DNA of 45,823 bases from Octopus bimaculoides (Eukaryota). Numbering within the stretch: position 1 is the stretch's first letter; the number at the start of each line of letters is the position of its first letter. The DNA is taken from positions 2,721,682 to 2,767,504 of the forward strand of contig NC_069006.1 of NCBI RefSeq assembly GCF_001194135.2. The letters run 5' to 3'. Below, in pieces: positions 25,042-36,833 of this stretch. Position numbers and translations under genes: made by a program. The notes beneath the pieces were generated by a model. It did not search any database. It worked only from the letters and a program-made list of their open reading frames with translations, and had not been told where the DNA came from.

Positions 25042-25046
<5 letters not shown>
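24746..25046 (+). mobile_element. 3' end of a CR1/L2-like LINE
   Basis: Encodes MPKQLRDLQDMNIEVFKIKLDTFLSTIPDEP...SNSLIHQ, then a 3'UTR ending ggtggtgctccagcatg...(TAAA)n. The clade call is inferred. Confidence 0.65.
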
Positions 25047-25072
<26 letters not shown>

Positions 25073-25216
25073 NNNNNNNNNNNNNNNNNNNNNNNNNNNN
25101 NNNNNNNNNNNNNNNNNNNNNNNNNNNNNNNNNNNNNNNNNNNNNNNNNNNNNNNNNNNNNNNNNNNNNNNNNNNNNNNNNNNNNNNNNNNNNATATCTG
25201 TGTATATATATATATA

Positions 25217-25615
25217 TATAATCACAATGTAGGTTAGTTGAAATATGTTTGTCGCATAATTCAACTGCTAAAAGCAAAACACTGCAGCTACCGTGGAGAA
25301 AAACTGTCTCTTGTGGTGAAAAGGTCTAAAAACACTCCGTTCGTTCAGTGTCGCCCTCTCTCGGGAATCTGAGGCATCGATGTTTCGAGTTTATTTGAGG
25401 TTGCCCCTCTTAGGTACATCTGATCGACGAGAGTCAATAAACACGAAATATCGATGTATTAGATTCACGAGAGAGGGCAACACTGAACGAATGGGGTGTT
25501 TTAACAAATTTTAACCACAAGAGAGATTTTTTCTCCACGGTAACTGCAGTGTATTTGCCTTTAGCAGGTGAAATATGTGACATACATATTTCAACTAACC
25601 TAAACTGTGATTATA
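25217..25615. mobile_element. Foldback element/MITE, arms of about 190 nt, TA-flanked
   Basis: tataatcacaatgtaggttagttgaaatatg... matches the reverse complement of ...catatttcaactaacctaaactgtgattata along the whole arm. Confidence 0.9.
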
Positions 25616-25639
25616 CGTAAACACTGCTTAGCGCCATTA

Positions 25640-26140
25640 CTCCGACGTTTTTCTCGATCGGGCGATCTACAAGCACAAATCAGTCAATTTCTTGGCTGAA
25701 TTATATATAAAGTTATATGCTTTATCAGGTGCGGACAGAATGGTTAAACTGCCTTGCACGCTCTTGTTCAGTGCCCGGAGCTTCCGAACTTGATAATTTA
25801 CGTGGAACGCGTGTGTCGCATCTGGGAAGAGGAAAGTTATGGGCTGAGTCTGTGATAAAAATTGTTCCGCCAACCGAACTATCAAAAGAAGGTGAGGCAT
25901 GTTTTAGGTGTACGGTCTCAGTGTTGAAAGAGTGTGTATGGAAAACCAGAATGCAGGGACTCGTGACAAGATCTTTCGTCTCCGGCTCTGGCCTACTATT
26001 TTACTTCAGATATCATCTGAAGAGCAAGATAGGGCTGGAGAGGAGACAACCGTCGCGAAGTATATACGAGAAAAGATGGAAGGATGTTGTGAAGAAGTTG
26101 GGCGTGATTGTCCTTACTTAATCTCGTCCATGGCAGAAGC
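25640..26140 (+). mobile_element. 3' fragment of a Tx1/L1 LINE, same family as 55-1921
   Basis: AESVIKIVPP...VLKECVWKTRMQG aligns with AESMMKIVPP...VLKECVWRTRMKG at 166-387. Confidence 0.85.
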
Positions 26141-26253
26141 AAGGTGTAGTCGCTGGACTTCACGGCCATAAGCTTGTCAGCTTACTAACTTCTTTTCCTT
26201 TAAAGATGAAAGAAATTCAGAATTCAAAAGAATGGTTGAATATTCTTACATAC

Positions 26254-26342
26254 TTTTTAATTTCTTTGCCTGTTCCACTTTCTGCCATCTTCCCTATGTT
26301 TTCCATCAACGTGTCAGCACATGTTTGGATCATTGTGTTCAT
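26254..26342 (-). CDS. CYP3A-like: P450 exon 6 (MNTMIQTCADTLMENIGKMAESGTGKEIK-K)
   Basis: tttgtag|ATG and AA|gtatgt. Length 89 nt, with phase matching exon 7. Confidence 0.92.
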
Positions 26343-27917
26343 CTACAAAAAAGAGAACGGATATTTAGAAAACAATCTAAGTAAGAATAAATATTCTATT
26401 ATCAATATCTCAGATGTCATTTGAACAAACACGTCAACCTTTGACTCAAGGCCACGCAGTCTTCTTGCTCTTAATTTCCTATCACATCTACATTGTCTCT
26501 GATTCTCAGATTTGTTCAACTGGACTCTTGCCTGTCCGATACTCACTTTAAACAACCCTGACAGGCCCAACACTAACGAACTAAATTCAAAGCTTCCTAA
26601 TACAGAATGTCATTCCTCTGTTATCTATCTATCCATGCTTTGTCATTTACAGTCCGCAAATCAGGGCCTACGAGGTCTATGTGTATAACTCTTTCCTCTA
26701 ATACAAAGTATTAAACAACAATGACGGTTTGTTGAGAGTTTGATACTTGGGTTTATATTAACCCCAGGGCAGCTCTAAATCACTAGACCTGTGCTGGTAG
26801 ACATCCTTTCCATGGTTATCCCTTATATTTTCTATAAACTAGACTGTTGAATGACAGCCCAGTCAAGATGGTATTTCTTCTTCTCTTACTCTTGTTTTTT
26901 GCACACATCTACAAAATGACTTTCTAAAATGAAATTCCATTATGCAGCTGAGGAGTACATTTTCATTGCACATTTTATGTAGTGTTCTCACTACATGAAT
27001 AAATGAAGTTTGTACGAAACGTACGTACTGCAATAACCTAATATATTTTTGTTGCTTTTCTTCAAATATATATGTATNNNNNNNNNNNNNNNNNNNNNNN
27101 NNNNNNNNNNNNNNNNNNNNNNNNNNNNNNNNNNNNNNNNNNNNNNNNNNNNNNNNNNNNNNNNNNNNNNNNNNNNNNNNNNNNNNNNNNNNNNNNNNNN
27201 NNNNNNNNNNNNNNNNNNNNNNNNNNNNNNNNNNNNNNNNNNNNNNNNNNNNNNNNNNNNNNNNNNNNNNNNNNNNNNNNNNNNNNNNNNNNNNNNNNNN
27301 NNNNNNNNNNNNNNNNNNNNNNNNNNNNNNNNNNNNNNNNNNNNNNNNNNNNNNNNNNNNNNNNNNNNNNNNNNNNNNNNNNNNNNNNNNNNNNNNNNNN
27401 NNNNNNNNNNNNNNNNNNNNNNNNNNNNNNNNNNNNNNNNNNNNNNNNNNNNNNNNNNNNNNNNNNNNNNNNNNNNNNNNNNNNNNNNNNNNNNNNNNNN
27501 NNNNNNNNNNNNNNNNNNNNNNNNNNNNNNNNNNNNNNNNNNNNNNNNNNNNNNNNNNNNNNNNNNNNNNNNNNNNNNNNNNNNNNNNNNNNNNNNNNNN
27601 NNNNNNNNNNNNNNNNNNNNNNNNNNNNNNNNNNNNNNNNNNNNNNNNNNNNNNNNNNNNNNNNNNNNNNNNNNNNNATATATATACATACATATATGTG
27701 TGTGTATGTATGTATGTATGTACGTATGTATGTACGTATGTATGTATAAAGAAAAGAGAGGGAGAGCCATAATTAGATAAATAATGATAAATAATTTATA
27801 TACTTCGGCAAAACAAAGCTGAGAAGAAGACACAAGACAAGCTTCGGTAGTATTATGACCGCATCATCATTTATTAGATTGATTTATCAGAGATAATATC
27901 TAGAAATGCATACTTAC

Positions 27918-28031
27918 CGCTCTCATTTGATGAGAGCTATAAAAAGGAGCCAATACAGTTCGTAGATATTTCCAATGATCATCTTTGGCCGCTGCAACTG
28001 AAAGATTACCGATTTCATCTGCTATAAACGG
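27918..28031 (-). CDS. CYP3A-like: P450 exon 5 (PFIADEIGNLSVAAAKDDHWKYLRTVLAPFYSSHQMRA), C-helix WxxxR
   Basis: cttcag|CCG and GCG|gtaagt. Length 114 nt. Confidence 0.93.
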
Positions 28032-28871
28032 CTGAAGAACGATGAGAAAGGGTAAGGTTCCGATTTGATATAAATTATAATGGTTTTTTTTCTATATCTT
28101 CTTGATTAGATATTGTACACACACACAGACACACACACACATATACACGTTCACACACATACATACTCACACACACTCACACACTTGTATATACAAACAC
28201 ACATGTTGCACGTATGACATTTATATAAAATTTGCCACAAAATTAGAAGTAAGCAATATACGATCAATTTCCATACAATACATATATAAAATTGCATTTA
28301 AAATTGAAAATTATATTTTGTATTTAAAATTAATTATCAACACACACATACATACTCACACACACTCACACACTTGTATATACAAACACACATGTTGCAC
28401 GTATGACATTTATATAAAATTTGCCACAAAATTAGAAGTAAGCAATATACGATCAATTTCCATACAATACATATATAAAATTGCATTTAAAATTGNNNNN
28501 NNNNNNNNNNNNNNNNNNNNNNNNNNNNNNNNNNNNNNNNNNNNNNNNNNNNNNNNNNNNNNNNNNNNNNNNNNNNNNNNNNNNNNNNNNNNNNNNNNNN
28601 NNNNNNNNNNNNNNNNNNNNNNNNNNNNNNNNNNNNNNNNNNNNNNNNNNNNNNNNNNNNNNNNNNNNNNNNNNNNNNNNNNNNNNNNNNNNNNNNNNNN
28701 NNNNNNNNNNNNNNNNNNNNNNNNNNNNNNNNNNNNNNNNNNNNNNNNNNNNNNNNNNNNNNNNNNNNNNNNNNNNNNNNNNNNNNNNNNNNNNNNNNNN
28801 NNNNNNNNNNNNNNNNNNNNNNNNNNNNNNNNNCACACATATAAATACATATGTATATACATATATATATA

Positions 28872-29010
28872 TGAGGTGCATTCATTAAGTATCAAAACGT
28901 TGGGCATAAAAATAGTAATTTTGTACATTTTTGTCATTTCACAACATTCCTCTTGGGAGTTTACACACTTCCCTCGGAGTTTCTATCACTGCTGGTAACA
29001 CCCCTGGAGC
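28872..29010 (-). mobile_element. Probable mariner terminal remnant
   Basis: GAGGTGCATTCATTAAGT TIR-like end and a degenerate R-KCV--Q-E-E transposase terminus on the minus strand. Confidence 0.35.
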
Positions 29011-29113
29011 GCCTTCACCGGAATATTGTGTATATATATATATATATATATATAGCATAATTAGCCATTCTGTGTCTGGTTTTTGATTGTACATTTACTA
29101 CGTTTTTTATCTT

Positions 29114-29149
<36 letters not shown>

Positions 29150-29429
29150 TGTATGTATTACGTAGGTAATGTGTGTGCATGTATGTATGCATTATGTAGT
29201 AAACCCCCAAAAAGAACAACAAACAAAAGAAACAACAACGAGAGAATGTGATACATGCAAAGTATTGGCAGACGCTCACTGAAGGAAAGAAAGATGGTTT
29301 AGCATTTCTAGCAGAAAGGAAGACGGCGGAAGAAAATCGCCAACGGTTTACATGTGGTTACATTCTGAAATGACCGAAAGGGAAATAGGTGAAGAAAAGT
29401 TCCTTCTAAGACAGGAGAGTGTAAAAGAA

Positions 29430-29873
29430 GGAGGTATGTGTGTGTATTTGTAGGTATGTGCGTGCGAGCAAGTTTGTGTGTATGCATGTGCGTGCGTGTA
29501 TGTATAAGTTATGCATGTGTTTTCTGTGTAGTGTGTGCATGCGTCTGTGCGTGTATGTGCGTGCGTGTATGTGTAGGGGTTGTATGTGTAGAGCGTATGT
29601 GCGTTCCTGTGTGTGCGTGCATGTATGTGTATGCGTGTGTATGCCATGTCTGTTTAATTGTGTGCGTGTATGTATGAGTGTGTGTTGTGTATGTGATGGG
29701 TATGTATGCGTTCATTGAATATGCGTGTGTGTTTGTATGTGTGCGTGTGTGTGTATCTGTGTGTGTGTGTGTATGCGTGTGTGTGTGTGCGCGCGTGTGT
29801 GTATGTGTGCGCATGTATGTATATGTTGTGTGTGTGTTTTTGTGTAGTGCGTGCATGCGTTTCTGTGTGTGCA

Positions 29874-29904
<31 letters not shown>

Positions 29905-30030
29905 ATATTTGCGTGTGTGCATGTGAGTGTGCGTGCCTGGGGTTGTGTGTGTGGACTATATGTGCGTTCTTGTGTGTGTATGTGTGCGTGTGCATGCGTA
30001 CATGTGTCTGTGCGTGTATGTGCGTGTGTG
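29430..30030. repeat. Long degenerate (TG)/(TGCG)/(TGTA) microsatellite just downstream of the exon 4 donor
   Basis: Read directly. Confidence 0.9.
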
Positions 30031-30058
30031 TAAATAAAATACGTAATATATTGCTTAC

Positions 30059-30155
30059 AGTTCGATTGGTAAAATTTGAAAATTTTTTAATTAAAACTTC
30101 TTGGATGAATTCTGGATCGGATATAATAATAGTTGGGTTTACTCCAAGAAACATC
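30059..30155 (-). CDS. CYP3A-like: P450 exon 4 (MFLGVNPTIIISDPEFIQEVLIKKFSNFTNRT)
   Basis: cacag|G and ACT|gtaagc. Contains P----DPE and F-NR motifs. Confidence 0.95.
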
Positions 30156-30727
30156 CTGTGAATAAATTTTACAAAGAAAATAAAGAAGCAATACGTATTT
30201 AGACAACATTTGAATGCTATGTTAAAAAATAATGTAGCTATTTACCGAGTAAACTTAAAGACTAAAGAACCGAGGTTCGAAACCTGCAACGACCGCATTG
30301 TATGTCAGCTAGTGTGGGTTTGTTTACGTTCCCGCAAAAGAGACCCCTAAAATAAGCATCAGATTTAAAAATGACATAAGTATTATGATGGATTTGTTAA
30401 ACTAAAACTGTTCAAGGCGGTGCTCCAGCATGGCCGCAGTCCAACGACAGAAACGATATAAAAAATAATAAAAGAAATAGATTAATTATTAATCTATTAA
30501 AGACTTTCCGGAAATAGTGGGGATTATATCCTCTAACTGGAGGCCTCGACATTTACCAATGCCTTCAACAGAGTACACTACGCTAAAAGCATTCACGTTG
30601 CTTTACACATGGAAGGACACTGCAATGGAGTCCAATATACTCTATCTGAACAAATTAAGATGAGCCGGCCACGGATGGAATGTTGTTGATCATTTACGAT
30701 ATTGGCGAGTGTTTGTGTATATATATG

Positions 30728-30776
<49 letters not shown>

Positions 30777-30978
30777 ACTCAAAACGAAGAGTGAGAATGC
30801 GAGCTCAATACGACATCGGTCGATATATATTCATTATTTGTCAGTCAACAAGGCAACCAATGATTTCGTACAAGATATCTTCAAAGTTGTTCGAGTGTGC
30901 CACATGGACATGCTGGTATGTGTGTGTGCGCGTGTGTGTGTGTGTGTGTATGTATGTATGTGTACCGTTTTATCTCTG

Positions 30979-31062
<84 letters not shown>

Positions 31063-31313
31063 GAGAGGGGGGAGAAACATTGGTTATAGAACAAACATTA
31101 AATTAGAGTCAACCACTCTATATATAACACCATACCTCAAACATTTAATCATATATAAATATCACCATGGTTCTTAAACACATAAAAAATATACATATAC
31201 ATAAAGACACAGAATGTAAAAAATATATATGTGGATAAAATACAAATAGAACGGCTTATCAAAAATGTAAATATAAACGACTAAAAATTCATAAAATTCT
31301 AAAGTGTGTATAT

Positions 31314-31494
31314 AGGCGTAGGAGTGGCTGTGTGGTAAGTAGCTTGCTTGCCAACCACATGGTTCTGGGTTCAGTCCCACTGCGTGGCACCTTGGGCAAG
31401 TGTCTTCTACTATAGTCTCAGGCCGACCAAAGCCTTGTGAGTGGATTTGGTAGACGGAAACTGAAAGAAGCCCGTCGTATATATGTATGTGTGT

Positions 31495-31532
<38 letters not shown>

Positions 31533-31740
31533 ATGTTTGTGTGTCTGTATTTGTCCTCCCAACATCGCTTGGCAACCGATGCTGGTGTCATTACGTCCCC
31601 GTAACTTAGCGGTTCGACAAAAGAGACCAATAGAATAAGTACTAGGCTTACAAAGAATAAGTCCTGGGGTTGATTTGCTCGACTAAAGGCGGTGCTCCAG
31701 CATGGCCACAGTCAAATGACTGAAAAAGTAACAGAGAGTA
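31314..31740 (+). mobile_element. Full-length tRNA-derived (core-type) SINE with an internal (TG)n
   Basis: aggcgtaggagtggctgtgtggtaag head, B-box ggttcagtccc, core accttgggcaagtgtcttctac, and tail gctccagcatggcc. At least ten partial copies occur in the window. Confidence 0.9.
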
Positions 31741-32267
31741 CCATACTACTAAGAAAACTAATAAACTAAGATAAAATATCAAACTACAAAAGTTTTATTA
31801 AACAGTTAAAAATATTTTAAGGTTTTTTTTTTATCTTACTCCCCTCACACAAAGTACGACCAAACTTCAATTTTTAAAACCATTTTAGGTTAGAGTCCAT
31901 GAGCAAACAGACTTCCACAAGGTCAAATTCAAATACATCGATGACCATTTCGGGAGCTCACCACCGCGGTTCAATTACACTAAAGAGCATCATGGTGATT
32001 ACCCCCCTCATCAGGTAATTAAATTTGTAATATGTGTTTTCTGGAGATTTAAATATGTAAATAACCAGTTCTTCGAATATGTACATACTTTTGAATCTAA
32101 GTGTCAGTGATATATAGAATTTTGACTATATCAATCTAATTCTTTCATATCTGCCTTCTTTGGAAGAATTACCTTATCTCAATTAAATATATGAATAAAT
32201 TCTAATAACGTTTACCTATAAATTACACCTATCTCAGTTAACTGAAGTATAAATAAATCATTCTTAC

Positions 32268-32320
32268 CCGTATACATCACCATAAATTTCTCGCCAGTAT
32301 CTGAACACAGAAGTGAATCC
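32268..32320 (-). CDS. CYP3A-like: P450 exon 3 (GFTSVFRYWREIYGDVYG)
   Basis: ttcag|GGA and GG|gtaaga. Length 53 nt with a YG-V-G motif. Confidence 0.93.
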
Positions 32321-32652
32321 CTGAAATATTAGAATACAAACCATTAGTGTTCATTATAACAAGGGTTCAATTTGAAGTGTCACAATAATTAGAAATTATA
32401 AGAATGTTTTTAAATAAGTCATGTGCATAGTTCATGTCATTTAATCCAAGACAAGCAGATAAAATCAAAAACATTCCATCCGTGGACGGCTAATCCTTTA
32501 TTCGTTCAGGCATAATATATTGGACTTCATTACAGGATGTGTCATTCCGTATTTAAAGGGAATTTCATTAGTTGTCTTCTGTCATTTCATTCACATTTCA
32601 TTTATTCTACAAGCATGTGTATACACACACATTAGCACTCACGTATATATAC

Positions 32653-32729
<77 letters not shown>

Positions 32730-33404
32730 TGTGTGTATAGACAACGAGTTTCCACGCTGTTTTTGTCAACTTACAAGGCGTTAGTCGGCCCAGTGCTATT
32801 ATCGAAAATACTTGTCCAATGTGTTGTGCAGTGACACTGACCACGAAGCCACATAGTTGAAAGGAGTTTGTTAGCCACACAGCCATGCCTGCGCCTTTTC
32901 ACATAAGTAGGCCAACTGGACATCAGTGACCACTGGGAAGTCTCTCCAAGACTTGCTGCCGCATGGGTTACAGTCACTAGAAAGGTTAATCACGGATGGA
33001 GTAAATTGCAGAAAGCCTTCTAATTTAGACACAAAGCAAGTAAATCTGAGAAGAGAGGTTTACTTTGTACTATCTACCCCTGTACTAGAGCGGAAGTTTA
33101 TTTTATAGACCCTGGAGTAATGAAAGGCAAAGTTGACCTTAGCAGAATTTGAATTCACAACGCAGAGAACAGTAATAAATGCAGTAAAGAAATTTTCAAG
33201 CACTCTAACGTTTTAGAGTAATACAGGAAGTATTAAAGGCGAAATTGACATTGGTGGTATTTGAACTCAGGACACAAGTGAAACGAACAAATATCGCAAA
33301 CTATTTTTCCGATCCCCTAACGATTCTGACACTTTACCACACGCATGGATTGTGATTTAGGCGCAGGGTTTTCTTTCGAGTGCATTTAACGTTATCTCAC
33401 CGCC

Positions 33405-33523
33405 GAAGATTTGGCTACTATTTCTAGCACGCCCTGCTACCACGTAACAGCAGTTTGCGATAAAGGACCCAAAATACTTGTTACACGGTAGCAGGGCGTG
33501 CAAGAAATAACAACCAAATCTTC
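33405..33523 (-). repeat. 44-bp inverted repeat with a 31-nt loop in intron 2
   Basis: 38/44 Watson-Crick pairs. Five more positions are G-U on the minus strand. Confidence 0.9.
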
Positions 33524-33993
33524 CTTTTGCTGGGGAAAGGATCCGTTTGCGCGTGATTTGGATGTCACATTCGTTGAAAGCATGAGGAATAAGCTGGCAA
33601 AGAAAAAAGAGCCACGAAACAAAACTCCGTTGCTGGGAAACTCAGAGTTTCTGGGTAACTCAATGTGTCACGGGAGGTCTAGTATGTATACATATATACA
33701 TGTACGACGGGCTTCTTTCAGCTTCCGTCTACCAAATCCACTCACAAGGCTTTGGTCTGTCCGAAATACAATAGAAAACACTTGACCAAGGTACCACACA
33801 GTGGAACTGAACTTGGAATCATGCACTTACATGTACGACTGGCTTCCACTCTGCTTCTGCTTAGCAAATTCACTCACAAAGCATTGGTCTGAGCTCGCGT
33901 AGTGGTACTAGGAGTCAAAAGAAAAGTTGGATATAAAGCTAAAATCAAATCAAGCAATGCAAATGTAGCAACATGAATTTACCACGAACTTAC

Positions 33994-34090
33994 CTTTCTC
34001 TGGACTTCTATCAAGTTTCCTAAGTGAGAAACTGGCGGGGGACCAGAAATACCGAGTTTCTTGAAATATGAAAAGGTTCTTCTTCCAAAC
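33994..34090 (-). CDS. CYP3A-like: P450 exon 2 (FGRRTFSYFKKLGISGPPPVSHLGNLIEVQRK)
   Basis: ttattag|G acceptor and AAG|gtaagt donor. The KKLGI-GP-P--LGN hinge is typical of CYP3. Confidence 0.95.
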
Positions 34091-34120
34091 CTAATAAATA
34101 AATAAAATAAAATAAAATAA

Positions 34121-34472
34121 ACAAGAGTACTTAGAAGCGCAAGCCTCCGTCAAGGCAACACCAACGTCTTCTCCACGGTTAGCCGGAGATGATTTTGAAA
34201 TGAGAATATCTTAAATAAACTCGACTGCTCTCACAATCGAGAATACTAAAAATGAACCCGACCGCTCTCAAAAAATAAGTAAAAAATCAGGAAAAATTTA
34301 TCCCGAATCCTTGTCCAGTATGGGACCGATCCCAAAATCTAATCAGGTCATGCTAGTCACGAGGACAAACATCCGAATGCATCCAGAGGTTCTTGAGATA
34401 TCTCGTCCAAGGGTAAGCAAACAAATAAACAAAAACGACGGAAAACAATACCTCAGCTAAGGCGGAGGTAAT
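34121..34472 (+). mobile_element. HINE/DINE-1/pearl-like non-autonomous element
   Basis: 5' ACAAGAG start, subterminal gcctccgtc inverse to 3' ggcggaggt, a short (AAAC)n tract, a 3' palindrome TACCTCAGC-TAAG-GCGGAGGTA, and A-rich flanks. Confidence 0.6.
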
Positions 34473-34489
34473 AATAACAATGGTTTCAA

Positions 34490-34688
34490 TTTTTGGCACA
34501 ATGCCAGCAATTTTGAAGGAAGGGGCTAAGTCGAGTACATCGACTCCAGTGCTCAGCTGATAATTATTTCGTGGACCCCGAAAGGATGAAAGGCAAAGTC
34601 AATAGAGCTTGATCTCAGGATATGAAGTCGGGCAAAATACCACTAAGCATTTTGTCCGGCGTGCTAACGATTCTACCAGTTCGCCGGC

Positions 34689-34756
<68 letters not shown>

Positions 34757-34955
34757 CGTTTCTACTATAGGCACAAGGCCTGAAGTTTTGTGGGAGGGAA
34801 CTAGACGATTACATCGATCACAGTAATCAAGTAAATTAAGTACAATTTATCGAACTCGAAAGGATGAAAGACAAAGTCAGTCTCGGGGCAATTTGAACTC
34901 ACAACCCTACACATTACGTCCAACGTGCTAACAATTCTGCCATCTCGACGGCTTG
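34490..34955 (-). mobile_element. Two tandem copies of a third tRNA-derived SINE family separated by (TAA)n; older copies at 33040-33350
   Basis: Repeated gaaaggatgaaaggcaaagtc...gtgctaacgattct blocks at about 34490-34692 and 34765-34955. Confidence 0.75.
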
Positions 34956-34974
34956 GTAATAATAATAATAATGA

Positions 34975-36680
34975 TCACTATCACCACTCCTCTTCTGTCT
35001 AGCCCTAATACCGCTCTCAAAATTGCTCAATGATGCACAGTATGGTTATAAAATATTTGATAAAAATATAAATCATCTCATTTACATGGATGATTTAAAG
35101 CTCTTTGCAAAAAATGACCAACAACTCAAAAGCCTACTAGCGATTGTTAAACAATTCAGTGATGACATCAGGATGCAATTTGGCCTTGATAAATGTGCAA
35201 AAGCTACCTTTATCAAAGGAAAAATGACAAAAACATCTAATGTGAACCTTGGCCAGCAAAATGTCATAAAAGAGTTAGAACCAGCGGAGAGCTACAAATA
35301 CCTAGGGGTAACTGAAGCGGACAATATCAAGCNNNNNNNNNNNNNNNNNNNNNNNNNNNNNNNNNNNNNNNNNNNNNNNNNNNNNNNNNNNNNNNNNNNN
35401 NNNNNNNNNNNNNNNNNNNNNNNNNNNNNNNNNNNNNNNNNNNNNNNNNNNNNNNNNNNNNNNNNNNNNNNNNNNNNNNNNNNNNNNNNNNNNNNNNNNN
35501 NNNNNNNNNNNNNNNNNNNNNNNNNNNNNNNNNNNNNNNNNNNNNNNNNNNNNNNNNNNNNNNNNNNNNNNNNNNNNNNNNNNNNNNNNNNNNNNNNNNN
35601 NNNNNNNNNNNNNNNNNNNNNNNNNNNNNNNNNNNNNNNNNNNNNNNNNNNNNNNNNNNNNNNNNNNNNNNNNNNNNNNNNNNNNNNNNNNNNNNNNNNN
35701 NNNNNNNNNNNNNNNNNNNNNNNNNNNNNNNNNNNNNNNNNNNNNNNNNNNNNNNNNNNNNNNNNNNNNNNNNNNNNNNNNNNNNNNNNNNNNNNNNNNN
35801 NNNNNNNNNNNNNNNNNNNNNNNNNNNNNNNNNNNNNNNNNNNNNNNNNNNNNNNNNNNNNNNNNNNNNNNNNNNNNNNNNNNNNNNNNNNNNNNNNNNN
35901 NNNNNNNNNNNNNNNNNNNNNNNNNNNNNNNNNNNNNNNNNNNNNNNNNNNNNNNNNNNNNNNNNNNNNNNNNNNNNNNNNNNNNNNNNNNNNNNNNNNN
36001 NNNNNNNNNNNNNNNNNNNNNNNNNNNNNNNNNNNNNNNNNNNNNNNNNNNNNNNNNNNNNNNNNNNNNNNNNNNNNNNNNNNNNNNNNNNNNNNNNNNN
36101 NNNNNNNNNNNNNNNNNNNNNNNNNNNNNNNNNNNNNNNNNNNNNNNNNNNNNNNNNNNNNNNNNNNNNNNNNNNNNNNNNNNNNNNNNNNNNNNNNNNN
36201 NNNNNNNNNNNNNNNNNNNNNNNNNNNNNNNNNNNNNNNNNNNNNNNNNNNNNNNNNNNNNNNNNNNNNNNNNNNNNNNNNNNNNNNNNNNNNNNNNNNN
36301 NNNNNNNNNNNNNNNNNNNNNNNNCTCTGGAACTTCACCATTCAAACTGACAGAAAGATAGACGCAAATAGGCCAGACATCATACTGAAAGACTTCAGAC
36401 AAAAATCATGCCTCCTCATTGATATAACTGTCCCAATCGATATAAACGTATCTGTCAAGACCAACCAAAAACTGAGCAAATATAAAGATCTTGAAATAGA
36501 AATTAGCAAAATGTGGAATCTGAAGACGAAAACAATACCTATTGTCATAGGTGCCCTGGGAATGACAGCGAAGCGGGCTGATTACTACGTAGCTCAGATA
36601 CCAGGAAACCCCAAAATGGCTGAAGTTCAAAAGATAGTGCTCATGGGAACTGCCCATATCCTACGTAAAATACTGTCTAT
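34975..36680 (+). mobile_element. 5'-truncated R4/Dong-like retrotransposon (RT + RLE), centre in a gap
   Basis: SLSPLLFCLALIPL, HLIYMDDLKL, FGLDKCA, then LWNF..NRPDII..LID..VP..KYKDL..PIVIGALG. Confidence 0.9.
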
Positions 36681-36833
36681 GTGTATGTGTATACATATAT
36701 ACTCAGTATATATGTATATATTATAATGAAGAGTAAAAATCATTAACCATTTTTACCAGGTCGTCAGCTCAGAAATAAAAACCTCATAGGTAAATTTTAC
36801 AAATATTTTATAATTACATACATAATTATAACA

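Noticed and set aside
28155-28495. Identical tandem duplication of about 150 bp
   Set aside because: The second copy ends exactly at a gap and starts in a CA microsatellite, so it is probably an assembly artefact.
29348-30154. Cys/Val- and His/Thr-rich ORFs here and throughout, plus ORFs spanning N runs
   Set aside because: Artefacts of dinucleotide repeats and gaps. Only 30059-30155 is a real exon.
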